DNA of 64,000 bases from Octopus bimaculoides (taxonomy: Eukaryota), in assembly GCF_001194135.2 (NCBI RefSeq), contig NC_068991.1, forward strand, positions 16,334,438 to 16,398,437, in the 5' to 3' direction. A program made the position numbers and the translations under genes. Positions 38,223-51,900 of this stretch are shown here, in pieces. Below the pieces are notes generated by a model. The model searched no databases. It had not been told where the DNA came from and worked only from the letters and a program-made list of their open reading frames with translations. The stretch's first letter is position 1. Each line of letters opens with the position of its first letter.

Positions 38223-41200
38223 AACGTAAATATTGTATATGTTGTATGTATTTTTGACTTCGTAGTTGTGTGTGCGTCTGTACCTTTGTTGTTTGTAGAA
38301 ACTATACTGTTTGATGTGTGGTCGTTGTTGCTGTTGCGTGTATGTATATATATGTGTGTGTGTGTGTGTATATACGGAAATATTGCATATGTTGGATGTA
38401 TTTTTGATTTGGTAGTTGTGTGTTTCCATACATTTATGTTGCTTTTCCCCATTCCTTTTATCCTTTACTATTTTTCGTAAGAAAAGATACTCATTTACAT
38501 ACATATTTCTATGTGAAACATACTGGATACAGGTAAGGCTGTGTGTTTAAGAAATTTACTTTGCAACCGTTTGTTTCTAGTTTCAATACCACTCTACAGC
38601 ACTTTGGACAAGTGCCTTTTACTCTGGTCTCAACCTGACCAATATTTTAGGAGCGAAGTAGCTTGTTTGAAACTATACAGGAGCGATGAGCTGGCAGAAA
38701 CGTTAGCACGCCGGGCGAAATGCTTAGTGGTATTTCGTCTGCCGCTATGTTCTGAGTTCAAATTCCGCTGAGGTCGACTTTGCCTTTCATCCTTTTGGGG
38801 TTGATAAATTAAGTACCAGTTACGCACTGGGGTCGATGTAATCGACTTAAACCGTTTGTCTGTCCTTGTTTGTCCCCCCTGTGTTTAGCCCCTTGTGGGC
38901 AATAAAGAAATAAGAAACTATACAGAAGCGCTTCCCAAAGTGGATGGTACTGCCCTGTTCTCCTGGGGGACAATGGAAATATCCAGTGGGGTGTTGAAGA
39001 AAAGTTGGGTGATAATGGGGTGACCAAAGGGTTGGGGCGGGAGCAGGGCAATGAAAATAATGGGGTTGATTAGATTAAGTTTTATTTGTGAAATACAGTT
39101 GTTTTGAATTTGCTGCAGAAAGTGGTTTATGTTTGTGGTGGTGAGTGGGGTTGAGGTACGAAGGGGGCAGCAGCTTGAAAAAGTTTGGGAACCACTGCTA
39201 TACAGTGACCTAGTGATCTGGGCATTGTGTTCATTAGCATAATGCAACAGGATCGTGTGATTCAATTCCTGGCCCAGCAGGCCATTGTTTCTTCAAGCAA
39301 AATACTTAAATTTCTCATTGCTCTAGTTTACTCAGCTGAGATCATATCCTGGCATCAGTGCTGGTGCTGTCCTTTCTGTCTATTCCCCGGTTGTCACATC
39401 CTTGATATTTTGCTTGGTAAAGGTTTGAGGTCTCAATGATAGGTTTTGTTTCATGTCTTAAATTTCTTGTCTAAAACCTCTACAGATTTAGCTATAAGAT
39501 CTTTGTCCTCAACATACTAGAACTTCCACAGATAGACAGTCCTCCTCTGTTTTGACTTGGAGAACTACAACAAATAAGTCTCGGCTGAGAACTGAGCCTT
39601 GTTAGACTTCTACTTGCATGTTAAATTTGTTGTTAAACTCATTACTGACTCTCACTTTGTCGACTCTGTATCAATGTGGCTTGTACATCTCTTACAAACC
39701 ATTCAGCTACCCATAATTCCCTTAGTGATTACCAGGCTGTAGAGTGTGGAACTCTGTTAACCCTTTTGTTACCATATTCCTTTTGAAATGTATTGCCTTT
39801 GTTTCAATTAATGTTGAAAATGTCAAAAATTTAGTAAAACAATTTTGTCATTATGAAGCTGGTATTTGAAACATAAATTATCATGGAATTTTAATGGAAA
39901 GGTTTTACTGGGATCAGTTAAGTATGAAATTTATATTATAAAACCAGGATCAGTCTCATTGGATTGGTATCAAAAGGGTTAAAGGCTTTCTCTAAGTTGA
40001 CAGATGCTAGGTATAGAGACTTACTCCTAGTTAAATATTTTTGTATTTGTCTCAATAGAAAGATAATATTTGTTGTGCTTTACTGGAACAAAGTCAAATT
40101 ATATCTCATTTAAGTTAAATTATTTCTGTTCAATTATGCTATAATTCTTTCTGTAACTTCATAACCTGAGCTGTCTTTCTGTTGCAACTGTAGTTGGTCC
40201 TCCATGAAATATTTCTGCTGCCTTTGTAGCGGCTGACATTGTCGCTGCTTCATTAGTCACCGGGAACGGCATCTTCCTGTGTGCTGCCTGATTGATTATG
40301 TGAGTGATTATCATGCGGCTGACTTTACCAGATATTTTAAGTGTCTCTTTGAGAATAATTTTGTTGGTCCAGTTGTCTTCAATGCTTTTGTATTCTTCAT
40401 TACACTTGCAAACCATACTGCTATCAATTTATACAGTTGGTCCCACTGTTGGGTCTACCTACAGTAGACCATCTCTCTTCCATTTGTTTGGCCTTATTCA
40501 ATATAATGCTTCCATGCCTCTTTCTTTTTGGTATCAGTAAGGAAATGTGGCCTTTATCATTCCATACATACTTCTCACTAATTATATCGTGATAACCTTT
40601 GGTACACAACCTTGCATTCCAGAATATCTCCTGCTTCTGGTTCTTACACTGCATAAAATGTGCAGACCACTTATTTTCTGCTTCCTGTCCTTGCTAAATA
40701 TAGACGTTTCTCTTAGTTGTTCTCTACTGCAATCTGAACTCACCACTTCTACCCATGTTTTCTTTAGTCTTCCTCTTCCACCATGTCTTGCATCATTCGT
40801 CCTGTGAATCACATATATACTATCACAGTTTCTCTCTTGTGCAATATATTAGTCTATCTACCTACCTATTTATCTCTCTCTCTCTCTCTTTCTCTCTGTA
40901 TATATATTCACCTCTTATTTATTTTTTATTTTCATCTGGTTAGGGACCTTACTCCTTTCTTTGGGAGGGGTGTCAGAGGCAGGTAAGACAGTGTTACAAC
41001 CATTATCAGCATAGCAATCCTTTCCATGCAGCCTTCATTGTTGTGACTGCTTTAAATGTTAGTATTTCAGTTGTCCTCTAGATCTTAGTTAATAGTGTCT
41101 AGTAATCAACATAATTGCAGAGTATTACTTCTCTGCTTAAGAAAGGCAGCTGATTTCAGTATAAGTTAAAGAGCACTCATTAGACCTTTCACATTAATGA

Positions 41201-42911
41201 TCCACGTTGCTTCAATCCCTTGCAGTAACCACACTTCACCCTTTATCTTCCAATCAACTCTATTGATTAGTCATCATTGTTCATACACTGTTTCCTTTAG
41301 CTGAATGCAGCACACTTTAAATGTAGGCACTGGAGACATATCCTCTAGTTTGTAATTTATAAACATCTAATTGGTCAGAGTTGGAAGCAGTTCAACTCCT
41401 GTTTTTGTTGTCTGTGCATAACACTGGTCTGCCCTGTCCAAGCATATCTGTGACATGTACTAGATGTGGTCACCCAGTCCAATGCTTCATACATAACCTG
41501 ATTTAGTCTTTTGGAGACCATACTGTGCAATCCCAGCATGCACAGTGGCAGTCTCAACATCTTTAATTTGCTTACTGTCTGTTCTTGTATGATCATTAGT
41601 TTCAGTGTGGAGGCGCAATGGCCCAGTGGTTAGGGCAGCGGACTCGCGGTCATAGGATCGCGGTTTCGATTCCCAGACTGGGCGTTGTGAGTGTTTATTG
41701 AGTGAAAACACCTAAAGCTCCACGAGGCTCCGGCAGGGGATGGTGGTGAACCCTGCTGTACTCTTCCACCACAACTTTCTCTTACTTCCTGTTTCTGTTG
41801 TGCCTGTAATTCAAAGGGTCAGCCTTGTCACACTGTGTCACGCTGAATATCCCCAAGAACTACGCCACATGCACGTTAATTTCACGAGCAGGCTGTTCCG
41901 TTGATCGGGTCAACTGGAACCCTCGACGTCATAAGCGACCGAGTGCCAACAACAACAATTAGTTTCAGTGGTGCTTGCAGCATAAATCTTTTTCTTTCTT
42001 TCTTTTTTTTTTTTTATCTCTCAGTTAAAAGTGAAGGCAGAACCACTGACTCTGTATGGGGCTCCCCATTACCGGTAGGAGAGATAGATGGAGAAAGAAA
42101 ATTAGCCTCAAACTGGATACTTGGCCTGAATTCTTGCAGCGGAAATGCGGTCCATTCAAGGAACCCAAGGTACCAGGTGATAGTGTTAAGTTGGGTAACA
42201 GATTAAGTTTACCAACTGAATAGATCATAATGGGACTTGAACTCCAAACGCAAAGAACCAGAACAAACACCACAAGGCATTCAACCTAATTTCTTACAGT
42301 TCCACCAGTTCATCTCCCTAGATAGTGACTTTTTGTATTAACCGTGTTTTTGTTTCGTCCGTCCAGTCCTGATATTCTTTTTCAAAAATTTGTTGAAATC
42401 TTCGAAAGTAAGTCTCTTCTTGAGAGTCCTATTTGAATTCGCTTATGGAATTTACTACATGGTCAGGTGAAAATGCATTCTCTGATTTGGTTATCAACTT
42501 CAATAGTTGTAACATTTGCTGCTGCAATCCTTGTTGTTGTTCTCATTGTTCCTTGAGTTGTTGTTGCTGTTTTTGCAACCCAACTATCCCAGCTAACAAG
42601 TTTTCCATATTTTATGATTTTCATAAGTTTACACAAGACTTTTGTTTCTTTTTTGTCGACGTATTTAATTTTCCATGTGAATTAGTTTAAACTCTCCAGA
42701 CTCTTTTACTTGTTTCAGTCATTTGACTGTGGCCATGCTGGAGCACCGCCTTTAGACGAGCAAATCGACCCCAGGACTTATTCTTTGGATGCCTAGTACT
42801 TATTCTATCGGTCTCTTTTGCCGAACCGCTAAGTTACTGGGACGTAAACACACCACCATAGGTTGTCAAGCGATGTTGGGGGGACAAACACAGACACACA
42901 AACATATACAC

Positions 42912-42948
<37 letters not shown>

Positions 42949-45900
42949 ACAGGCTTCTTTCAGTTTCCGTCTACCAAATCCACTCACAAGGCTTTGGTCG
43001 GCCCGAGGCTATAGTAGAAGACACTTGCCCAAGGTGCCACGCAGTGGGACTGAACCCAGATCCATGTGGTTGGTAAGCAAGCTACTTACCACACAGCCAC
43101 TCTTGCACCTTTGTGAATGTTTTTTTTTTTTTGTTTTCACTCTGTAAACTTATTTTTCATCATCAGCACTGCTGTAAAGCAGTCTTTTGATGACAGTCGA
43201 CACTCCAAAGTCATCAATAGAATGTTTCTATTTGGCACTGTATGACCCCTAGTTGTACAGTGTTATTATCCCCAAAAGGTTGGATCGTTATAATGTCCAC
43301 TCAGTATCACCATATAATTACTATATCAGCACAAACACAAATTATCAACACAGTCTGCACTACTCTTGACTTTCTGACCTTCTTGCTGTCGACCAGCTAC
43401 TGGTCTATTTATAATGGCTGGCTACAACCACTTTTTACCGGGAGGGGGTGTACAGTTTCACTATACAACAGTGTGTGTAAGTATCCATCTCTATATATGC
43501 ATTCTTATATGTGTATATGTATGTGTGGAGAATTCATATGGGTTCAATAGTCTATAATAGTATCAATAGGCAGCCATGTTTTCAGCAGTAGTGTGTCTTG
43601 AAAAATTACTCATTATTAGTGAATGATGTTTTTATGAATTGTATTCAACTGTTTTAACCTCCTTTTTATAAAAAAGATACATTTTATATACACCTACCTT
43701 TCTTATGAAATGTTCTGATGTGTCTTAATCAATTGCTTTAACATCAAATACTTTACTAAAGTTGCTAAACCTTAATATAAAGTAATCACAAATGGGAAAG
43801 CATAAAGATGTTAGGAGTCTCTCATTTGTGTGCCTTTTATGTTAGTGCATTCTTTTTGTTTAAAGAACAATAAACATGTATTTTCCATTTAATCCTCGGT
43901 CAATAATCAGTGCCGTTAATTCATATTATCCCTTTTGATCCAAACCTGTTTTAGACCACATCTGTGTCTTATGTTACAAACTTCCTGTTTTAAAAATGAT
44001 CTCAATTAAAATCTTCCATTAAAATTTCATGTTAGCTTGTGTCTCAAACATCAGATTAATAATAGCAGTTATTTTACTTAATTACTAAATTATTCATTTT
44101 CAAAATTGATTGAAACAAAGACAATGTATTCCAATAGAAATATAAGAAAGTGGTTAAAATGATTCGAATTAAAGCTCTCCATCAACATTTCAGGTTAATT
44201 TATGTATCAAGCAGTTTAATAATTACTTATTTTACTAACTCCTTCATTATTTTCAAAATTAATTTAAACAAAGAGCTGTGTGGTTAAGAAGTTTGTTTTG
44301 CAAACACATGGTTTCTGGTTCAGTCCCACTGCACAGCACCTTGGGCAAGTGTCTTCTACTATAGCCTTAGGCCAACTAATGCTTTATGAGTGAATTTGGT
44401 AGGCATAAACTGTGTGGAAGACTATCGTGTATGTACGTGTCCATCCTCACCTCCACCACTTGACAGCCTTGTTGGTTTATTTACCTTCTTGTAAGTTCGC
44501 CATTTAGCAAAAGAGACCAATACAGTAAGTACTAGACTTAAAAATAAGTCCTGGGATTAATCTGTTTGACTAAAATCCTTCAAGGAGCTCCAGCATGGCT
44601 GTGGTGCAATGACTGAAACAAGTAAAAGATAAAAGATAAAGGCAGTGTATTCCAACAGAAATATAGTAATGTAAAGGTTTACATTGTGTGCTCCAATCCT
44701 GATTGTTCATCCAGAAAAAATGGCAGGTTCTGTAAAGTTCCAAAGACATAGGTTCTATTGCAGAAACTGAAAAATCCTAGCCAAACAGGCTAGACATCCC
44801 AAATTAGTGGTTCTTAACATGGGGCACAGCACCCCTTCCAGCATAGTGGAGTGCTTGTGAGCTCACAAGGGAGTGGAAATGTCAAGGAGATACTATATAG
44901 GATATTAAGTATTTAGAGAAATTGTGGGGGGGGGGTCTAGATATGAAATATTTAACCTTTAGCATTTAAATTGGTCGTATCAGACCCAAATATTGTACCT
45001 GTTTCATGTTCAAGCTGGCCAGATTTGGTCTCTCTCACCTACCCTACAATGTCATTCTAGAAATAAACTATTGCAGCATTGAAATCTTGAAGCTATGAGA
45101 TAATACATGATTAATTCAAAACAATTTGAATAAATAAGCATTACATTTAACAGAGCATGAAGGGTTAAACCAAATACAATATTATTTGAAGCACAGTTTC
45201 AAAAGAAATAAAGAAAATTTTTGGATTAGAATATGAGTTGGACATTGTGCTGATGACACGACTAGGTCCAATATAGTTTTATTATCATATAAGTCTTTAC
45301 TTTCCAACCATTCTATTACCAAATTTCTATAGACATACACTCCCTTTGCTTCCATTAAGCTTAGAATTGTGAGGAACTTTGTAAAAATAACAATGTCATT
45401 ATTAAACTGGTGTTTGTAACGTAAATTAACATGAAATTTAGATGGAAGGATTTAATGAAGATAATTTTCAAACAGGAAATTTGTATCATAGAACCAGGTT
45501 TAGTATTGAGCAGCTTGATATCTATCAAGAGTTAATAAGTTTCATAAAAATTTAATGTAGAAGGCATTAGTCTATAGAAACGTCTAAAAAGAAGCATATT
45601 GGATGATGAGATATTAAAATATGGAAAATAAAACAACTCTGCAAAATTAGCTTTGTTGATTAATTTTTTTTTTTCCTATACAGAACATGAGGTACGTGGT
45701 AATATTAATTGTCATTCAGTAAAAAGGGGGCAGTGAGCTTTTAAAGACCATTATCTACTCATCACTGGCATTTGTTTTCATCAAGTTTACTATGTATTTG
45801 ATCTGAGAATAAACCTTACAGTTATACAGAATGTACAAGTTAAGACAATTGTATATATGTGTATAGTCCAAACTAAAATGATTCTCTGAAATCTCAATAA

Positions 45901-48900
45901 CAATCTTGCAATAAACGTGTTTTTTATTAAGAACTGATATATAAATATATATATGTGTGTATATATATATAATGTTTGGATGGCAGTTTTACTTTATTTT
46001 TTTCACAGAAAGCAAATTTGTATTTTGCAGAATTCTTGCAGTAGACATATATTGGGATGTTTTCCCCTTTTTCTTTTCTTTTCTTTTTTTTTTCTGACTT
46101 TTTTAGGATGACTGGTGTTGGTGGCCGACCTGAGGTTATTATTGAAGGGAGCAATGATATGAAAGCATGGAAAGAATACCATTTTCTTTACAAACCAGGA
46201 AATGTTTCTCGAAGTCCACCAATTGTCAGTAAGTATTTGCTTGAATCACAGTATTTCTTTCAACCTATCATAACCATAATTCTAACAAGAATTCACGCTA
46301 GATGTTTCGATATATTTCCAAAGACCATCTTGGTTGTATGATTAAGAAGTTCGCTTTGCAACTATATGGCTTCAAGTTCAATCTTCTTGCACCACACTTT
46401 CAGCTTGTGTTTTTCTACTGTTGCCCTGGGCTGACCAATGCCTTGTGAGCAAATTTCTTAGATAGAAACTGTAGGAAGCCTATAGCATGTGTGTATGGGG
46501 AATTTGCGGGGGGGGGGTGAATACTGACACCCCACAGATTCACTTATCACTGCTTGTGGTATGATATTAATATTTCTTGTTTACACTAGGACCAGATGCT
46601 CTGCACTTTCTAAGAGCTATAGAAAACGAATCCCTAAGCTGAAAAATGGGTTAAGAATTGGTGTTAAAGAAAGTATCTAGCTGTAAAGTCCTGTCCCAAC
46701 CCATGGACAAACAGACATTAGACAGATAAATGATGGAATCTACGATCTGGAAAAGTAGTAAATAACCTATGAGACTATGTTTTATATAATTTTAAAAAAA
46801 TATCCTTAATTGGAATTTAGAAGAGGGAGTCATTTAAGTAAACATTTAGACTGGCTAGATGTTTTGAAATTACTCTTTTACTCTCTCTTTTACCTGTTTC
46901 AGTCATTTGACTGCGGCCATGCTGGAGCACCGCCTTTAGTCGAGAAAATCGACCCCGAGACTTATTCTTTGTAAGCCTAGTACTTATTCTATCGGTCTCT
47001 TTTTGCCAAACCACTAAGTGACAGGGACGTAGACACACCAGCATCGGTTGTCAAGCGATGNNNNNNNNNNNNNNNNNNNNNNNNNNNNNNNNNNNNNNNN
47101 NNNNNNNNNNNNNNNNNNNNNNNNNNNNNNNNNNNNNNNNNNNNNTTGGTCGGCCCGAGGCTATAGTAGAAGACACTTGCCCAAGGTGCCACGCAGTGGG
47201 ACTGAACTCGGGACCATGTGGTTGCTAAGCAAGCTACTTACCATACAGCCACTCCTGCGCCTAATATTTTAAAATGAGTTTAGCCAAGTAATTATTTTGA
47301 TTATTTTATTCATGGTTTGTTAAATTTTCAAAATAATTATGGCAAAGATGTTACTAAAATAATTTTTAATATTTATTGATAGATTTAAACTTGTGTTTTA
47401 ACTGAGGCTTATGAACATGTTTTGATATGAAATTGTAATGGAATTTATATCTTCTAAAATCTTTGGTTTTAGTAAAGGCATCAATTTAATCCTTTTACTG
47501 CAGAAAGTAGATATATCCACTCAAAATTTCATTACCCTTAACTGCAGAAAGCAGTTATATATACCAATCTATCTTTCGTTGATGAATGTCAATGTTTGAA
47601 ACTATTTTTGTTGAGATTTGTCGAGTTTATTGAGGCAATGTGACTTGCAGAAAATACCAATTCTATTTTTTGATAGATCTTTAGCATCGTTACTGGAATA
47701 ATCAAGGAATTTAATTTCACTGTGAAAGTATTAAATATATACACTCAACCCTTTTATTACCATGTTAAATCTCTTTAAAAGAGGAAGTTTGTATCAGAAA
47801 GAATGGGGGAAAGGTACTTACTTTGGATGTTAATCGGGGATTGTATCTGTGGTGCCTCATCAATCTGTGTGGTTGCTTTTTCAACATTTTGGGGATCTTT
47901 TCTTGCTAGTACTACTTTGTTCTGTATTGTTATTGCTATTTATTGTTTACTCAGCTGGCAAAAATGACTTGTACTAATATTTTGAAGGGCAAGTCTTGTC
48001 ACATTGAATCTCCCTGAGAACTATGTTAACCCTTTTGTTACTATATCTATTTTGAGATGCTCCATGTTTCTTTCAATTAATTTTAAATATAACTGATAAT
48101 TTAGTAAAATAACTTAGTTATCATTAAGCTGGTGTTAGGGTCATAAATTGTGACTACGGTCTGGTGGAAGATTTTAATTCAAAACTTATGAAAATAAGAC
48201 ATTTGTACTACAGAGCCAGAAGCGGTTTCAGCCGGTTTGGTATCAAAAGAGTTAAGGGTACATGTGTCTGGAGTGCTCAGCCTCTTGCATGTTAATTTCA
48301 CAAGCAGGCTGTTCCATTGATTGTATCAACTGGAACACTTGTCATTGTAACCAACGAAGTGCCAGTTATTTATTGTGCTATATTTATTATTAATATTTCT
48401 AAGTCTCTCTAAAGGAGACTGTCCTATATTTGGGACTGCCATGTTGGCTTGGCGATAATTATAGCTATATTTATTGTTATCTGTCTATTAATGTCTTTCT
48501 CATTGTTGTTGATGTCACTCTTTTATTCTATGTAACGACCTCCATCCACCATTCCTTGTTTGTTTTCTTTTGTATTTCACCTTTGTACTGTTTACATAAA
48601 CCTATTCATCCTTATTTCCATAGCACCTCATCAACCGCGTTTGGATTGGCAGATGTGGTTTGCTGCACTGAGTGACTTCCAGAACAATCCATGGCTCTTA
48701 ACACTTTGCTACCGGCTGCTAACTGGACAAAAGGAAGTATTAGAGCTTATGGATGAGAATCCTTTCCCAGACAAACCTCCGGTCTACTTGCGTGCCACAC
48801 TTTACCATTATCACTACACAAGTCCTTACATCATGAGCAAAAAGTAGGTGTTACTATTCTCAACTCTCACCCTTTGACGTGCAGGTGGAATATTCTACCA

Positions 48901-51900
48901 GATAGCCACTGTCACCTCATTTTTCTTTGTCTTCCATTGCTGATAAAATAATACAACCAGTCTAAAGTTGTTTAACTCTAAGTCAGTCCTGGTCGAGTAG
49001 GTCTATGATTGGTAGGCTTCCAACTTTGAGCATCCTACATTTTAATTCTATATTTTTAAATCTAGAACTGCACTGTCTAATGTGTTTTTTTTTTCCTTTT
49101 TAAAGTTATTAGTGTGTGATATGAAGAATTGGCTGCTATTTCTAATAGATGGAGTGACCATGTAGGGGTTCCTAATTTGCTTTTGGCACTGTTATGTAGC
49201 CCCAGGTCAGCCCAGATCAAGCAGCCCTATGGCATGTAAATATTTGGTTGAACGATGAGGTACAACTCACATGTTCGTCTTCCCAGTTATATCATGTTTC
49301 TGCTTGGCTGAGAACCATGATACTGCATACTCAAAAATGCAGCAAAGAAACTCCTAAAAGGGGATTATTATGTCTGGGGAGTTAAGTGGCCAGATGTTAG
49401 GGATGATGTGGTCACAGAAATTGTCCGACAGCCGTGACTGGGTTCTCCTGTTTGTGTGGCAAGATGCAGAGTCTTGTTGCCAGACATAGGGTCTTCCAGC
49501 AGCCACCCTCTTGACCCAGGGCAGCACTACCTCCTCCAGGCACTTGAGGTAGGCCTCCGTGTTGAGTCTGAGGCTGTGGGAAGATGAATGGAGGCATAAC
49601 ATCGCGATCACCCCAAACACCATGATGTTGATTGGATGTTTGATTTTTATCACTCTGTGTACATGTCCTCAGATTAACACCCAAACACTCTGAAATGTTC
49701 GTATTGGAGCTTCCTACGCGAATGCCAAGCAGTACAGCATGTTGTTTCCAAATTTCTGGCAGAGTGAATTGTGTCATGGTGCTGTTTTTCTCACAGACGG
49801 TGCCCACTGACCCTACTATACTGTGTAGTGGACAAAATCAAAAACAAACAATGTGCATGCATGAAATTAAAAATATGAAACTGCAACAGTTTACCCATCG
49901 CACCCTGTATGTATATATATATATATATATATAGCCATCCGGTTGCACCAGTCCTCAGTCAAATCGTCCAACCCATGCTAGCATGGAATGCGGACGTTAA
50001 ACGATGATGATGATGATGGCAACACCAGGCTCCAATCTGATTTGGCAGAGTTTCTACAGCTGGATGCCCTTCCTAACGCCAACCACTCAGAGAGTGTGTA
50101 TATATATATTAATCACAAGGACACATTAAAGTGTCTCCCCACTAGAAATGAGAGTTGCTGCTGATATATATATATATCAATGGATTTTCCACAAGTACAA
50201 GTGTTTGATTATTTTCGAAGTCAATAGAAATATATATAGACTTAAGAAATATGGTAAGTATTGATTCTACAATAGATTTTATTTCATTGGAATTATAGTG
50301 AAGAAAATATTGATTCTGTATGTCATCATCATTTAACGTCCACTTTCCATGCTAGCATGGGTTGGATGATTCGACTGAGGACTGGTGAAACCAGATGGCT
50401 ACACCAGGCTCCAATCTGATTTGGCAGAGTTTCTACAACTGGATGCCCTTCCTAACACCAACCACTCCGAGAGTGTAGTGGGTGCTTTTACGTGCCACCC
50501 GCACGAAGGCCAGTCAGGTGGTACTATGAATCTAGTTTGAATGCATACAGGAGAGTGAACTCATCTTAAAAGGTCATTAGAAAGACCAGGCATTTTGACA
50601 TTAGATTGGGTGGCTTGTTAAACCTTTTAAATACAGTAATCATTATCATTATTAGAAATTAACATTGCAGTATTCATCTCAATTTCATACACATCATCAT
50701 CATCATCGTTTAACGTCCGCTTTCCATGCTAGCATGGGTTAGACGATTTGACTGAGGACTGGTGAAACCAGATGGCTACACCAGGCTCCAATCTGATTTG
50801 GCAGAGTTTCTACAGCTGGATGCCCTTCGTATATATATTACAGAATCTCATTTTTGATATTGTATTAAAACGAAAGTTATTTTTCATTTGAAGATACTCC
50901 AAAGACAGTTGGTGGGCCAGGGAGAAGGTCAGCAGCTACATACCAATAATTGACAAGAATGACCAGGGTTTACTGCAGTGGTTACAACAAAATAACATCT
51001 TTGAGGTTGGTCAATTTATATATTACTAACAATGCACCCTGGCGTTGCCTGGGTGTTATGATATACAGCCACATTTTTTTACATTCTGATTTCAAATCCT
51101 GTGAAAATCAGTTTTGCCTTTTATCTTTTTGGGATCAATAAAAGATAAAGTACTATTTTAGTACTGGGGTTGTTTAGACTTGAGCCTATAGTAGAAAGAC
51201 TTATAGTCTTGTTTGCTCTATTAAAGCAGCATATTTCTAAGAGAATCGGTGTAAACAGAATGAAGCACCTTGCATAAAGAGCACAACACAATGGCTTGTA
51301 GTAAGATCTGAACCTGCAACCTTATGGTCAGCAGATCACCACCTTAATTTCAATCATTAAGATGATTAACCCTTTTGTTACTATATATGTTTTAATACTC
51401 TGCTTGTGTTTCAATTTTGACTAACCTCTCCCTAAAAACTAAACTATTGGCAAATTTTCTTCAACAAACTCACATAAACAGGGAACATACTATTTCTTCA
51501 AAAAAGTATTTTTTTAATAACGTAGTCTTAGATATACCAAGTCCCAATAATAATAACAACCTTGCATTAAAGGTCTTGTTTAAGATTGTGAACTGGCAGA
51601 ATTATTAGCACACCACACAAAATGCTTAGCATTTCATCCAGCTTCACTATCTGAGTTCAAATACTATCACTTGATTGCATTGACACCAGTACTAGTCAAA
51701 CACTGTAATCAAGTGATCCTCCTCTAAAAAAAAATAAGTTTTCAGGACTTGAGCCTATAGTAGAAAGACTTATAGCGACATATTCTAAGAGAACTGGTAT
51801 TAGCAGTCAGAATGAAACATCTTGCACAAAATGCACAACACAGGCTTGTAGTAAGATCTGAACCTCCCACCTTAGTTAGATAATTGAGATAATTAACCCT

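Noticed and set aside
43290-43420. Possible fourth decayed copy of exon 11 (ACCAGCTACTGGTCTATTT resembles ACCAGCTCCTATGGTCTTTTT)
   Set aside because: No polypyrimidine acceptor, no matching donor, the VP-like frame hits a TGA, and similarity is limited to a short AT-rich stretch
48844-48847. TAG at the end of ORF 48560-48847 as the LMF2 stop
   Set aside because: It overlaps a GTAGGT donor, and two further in-frame exons continue the LMF2-like sequence (WWxR...YxP)
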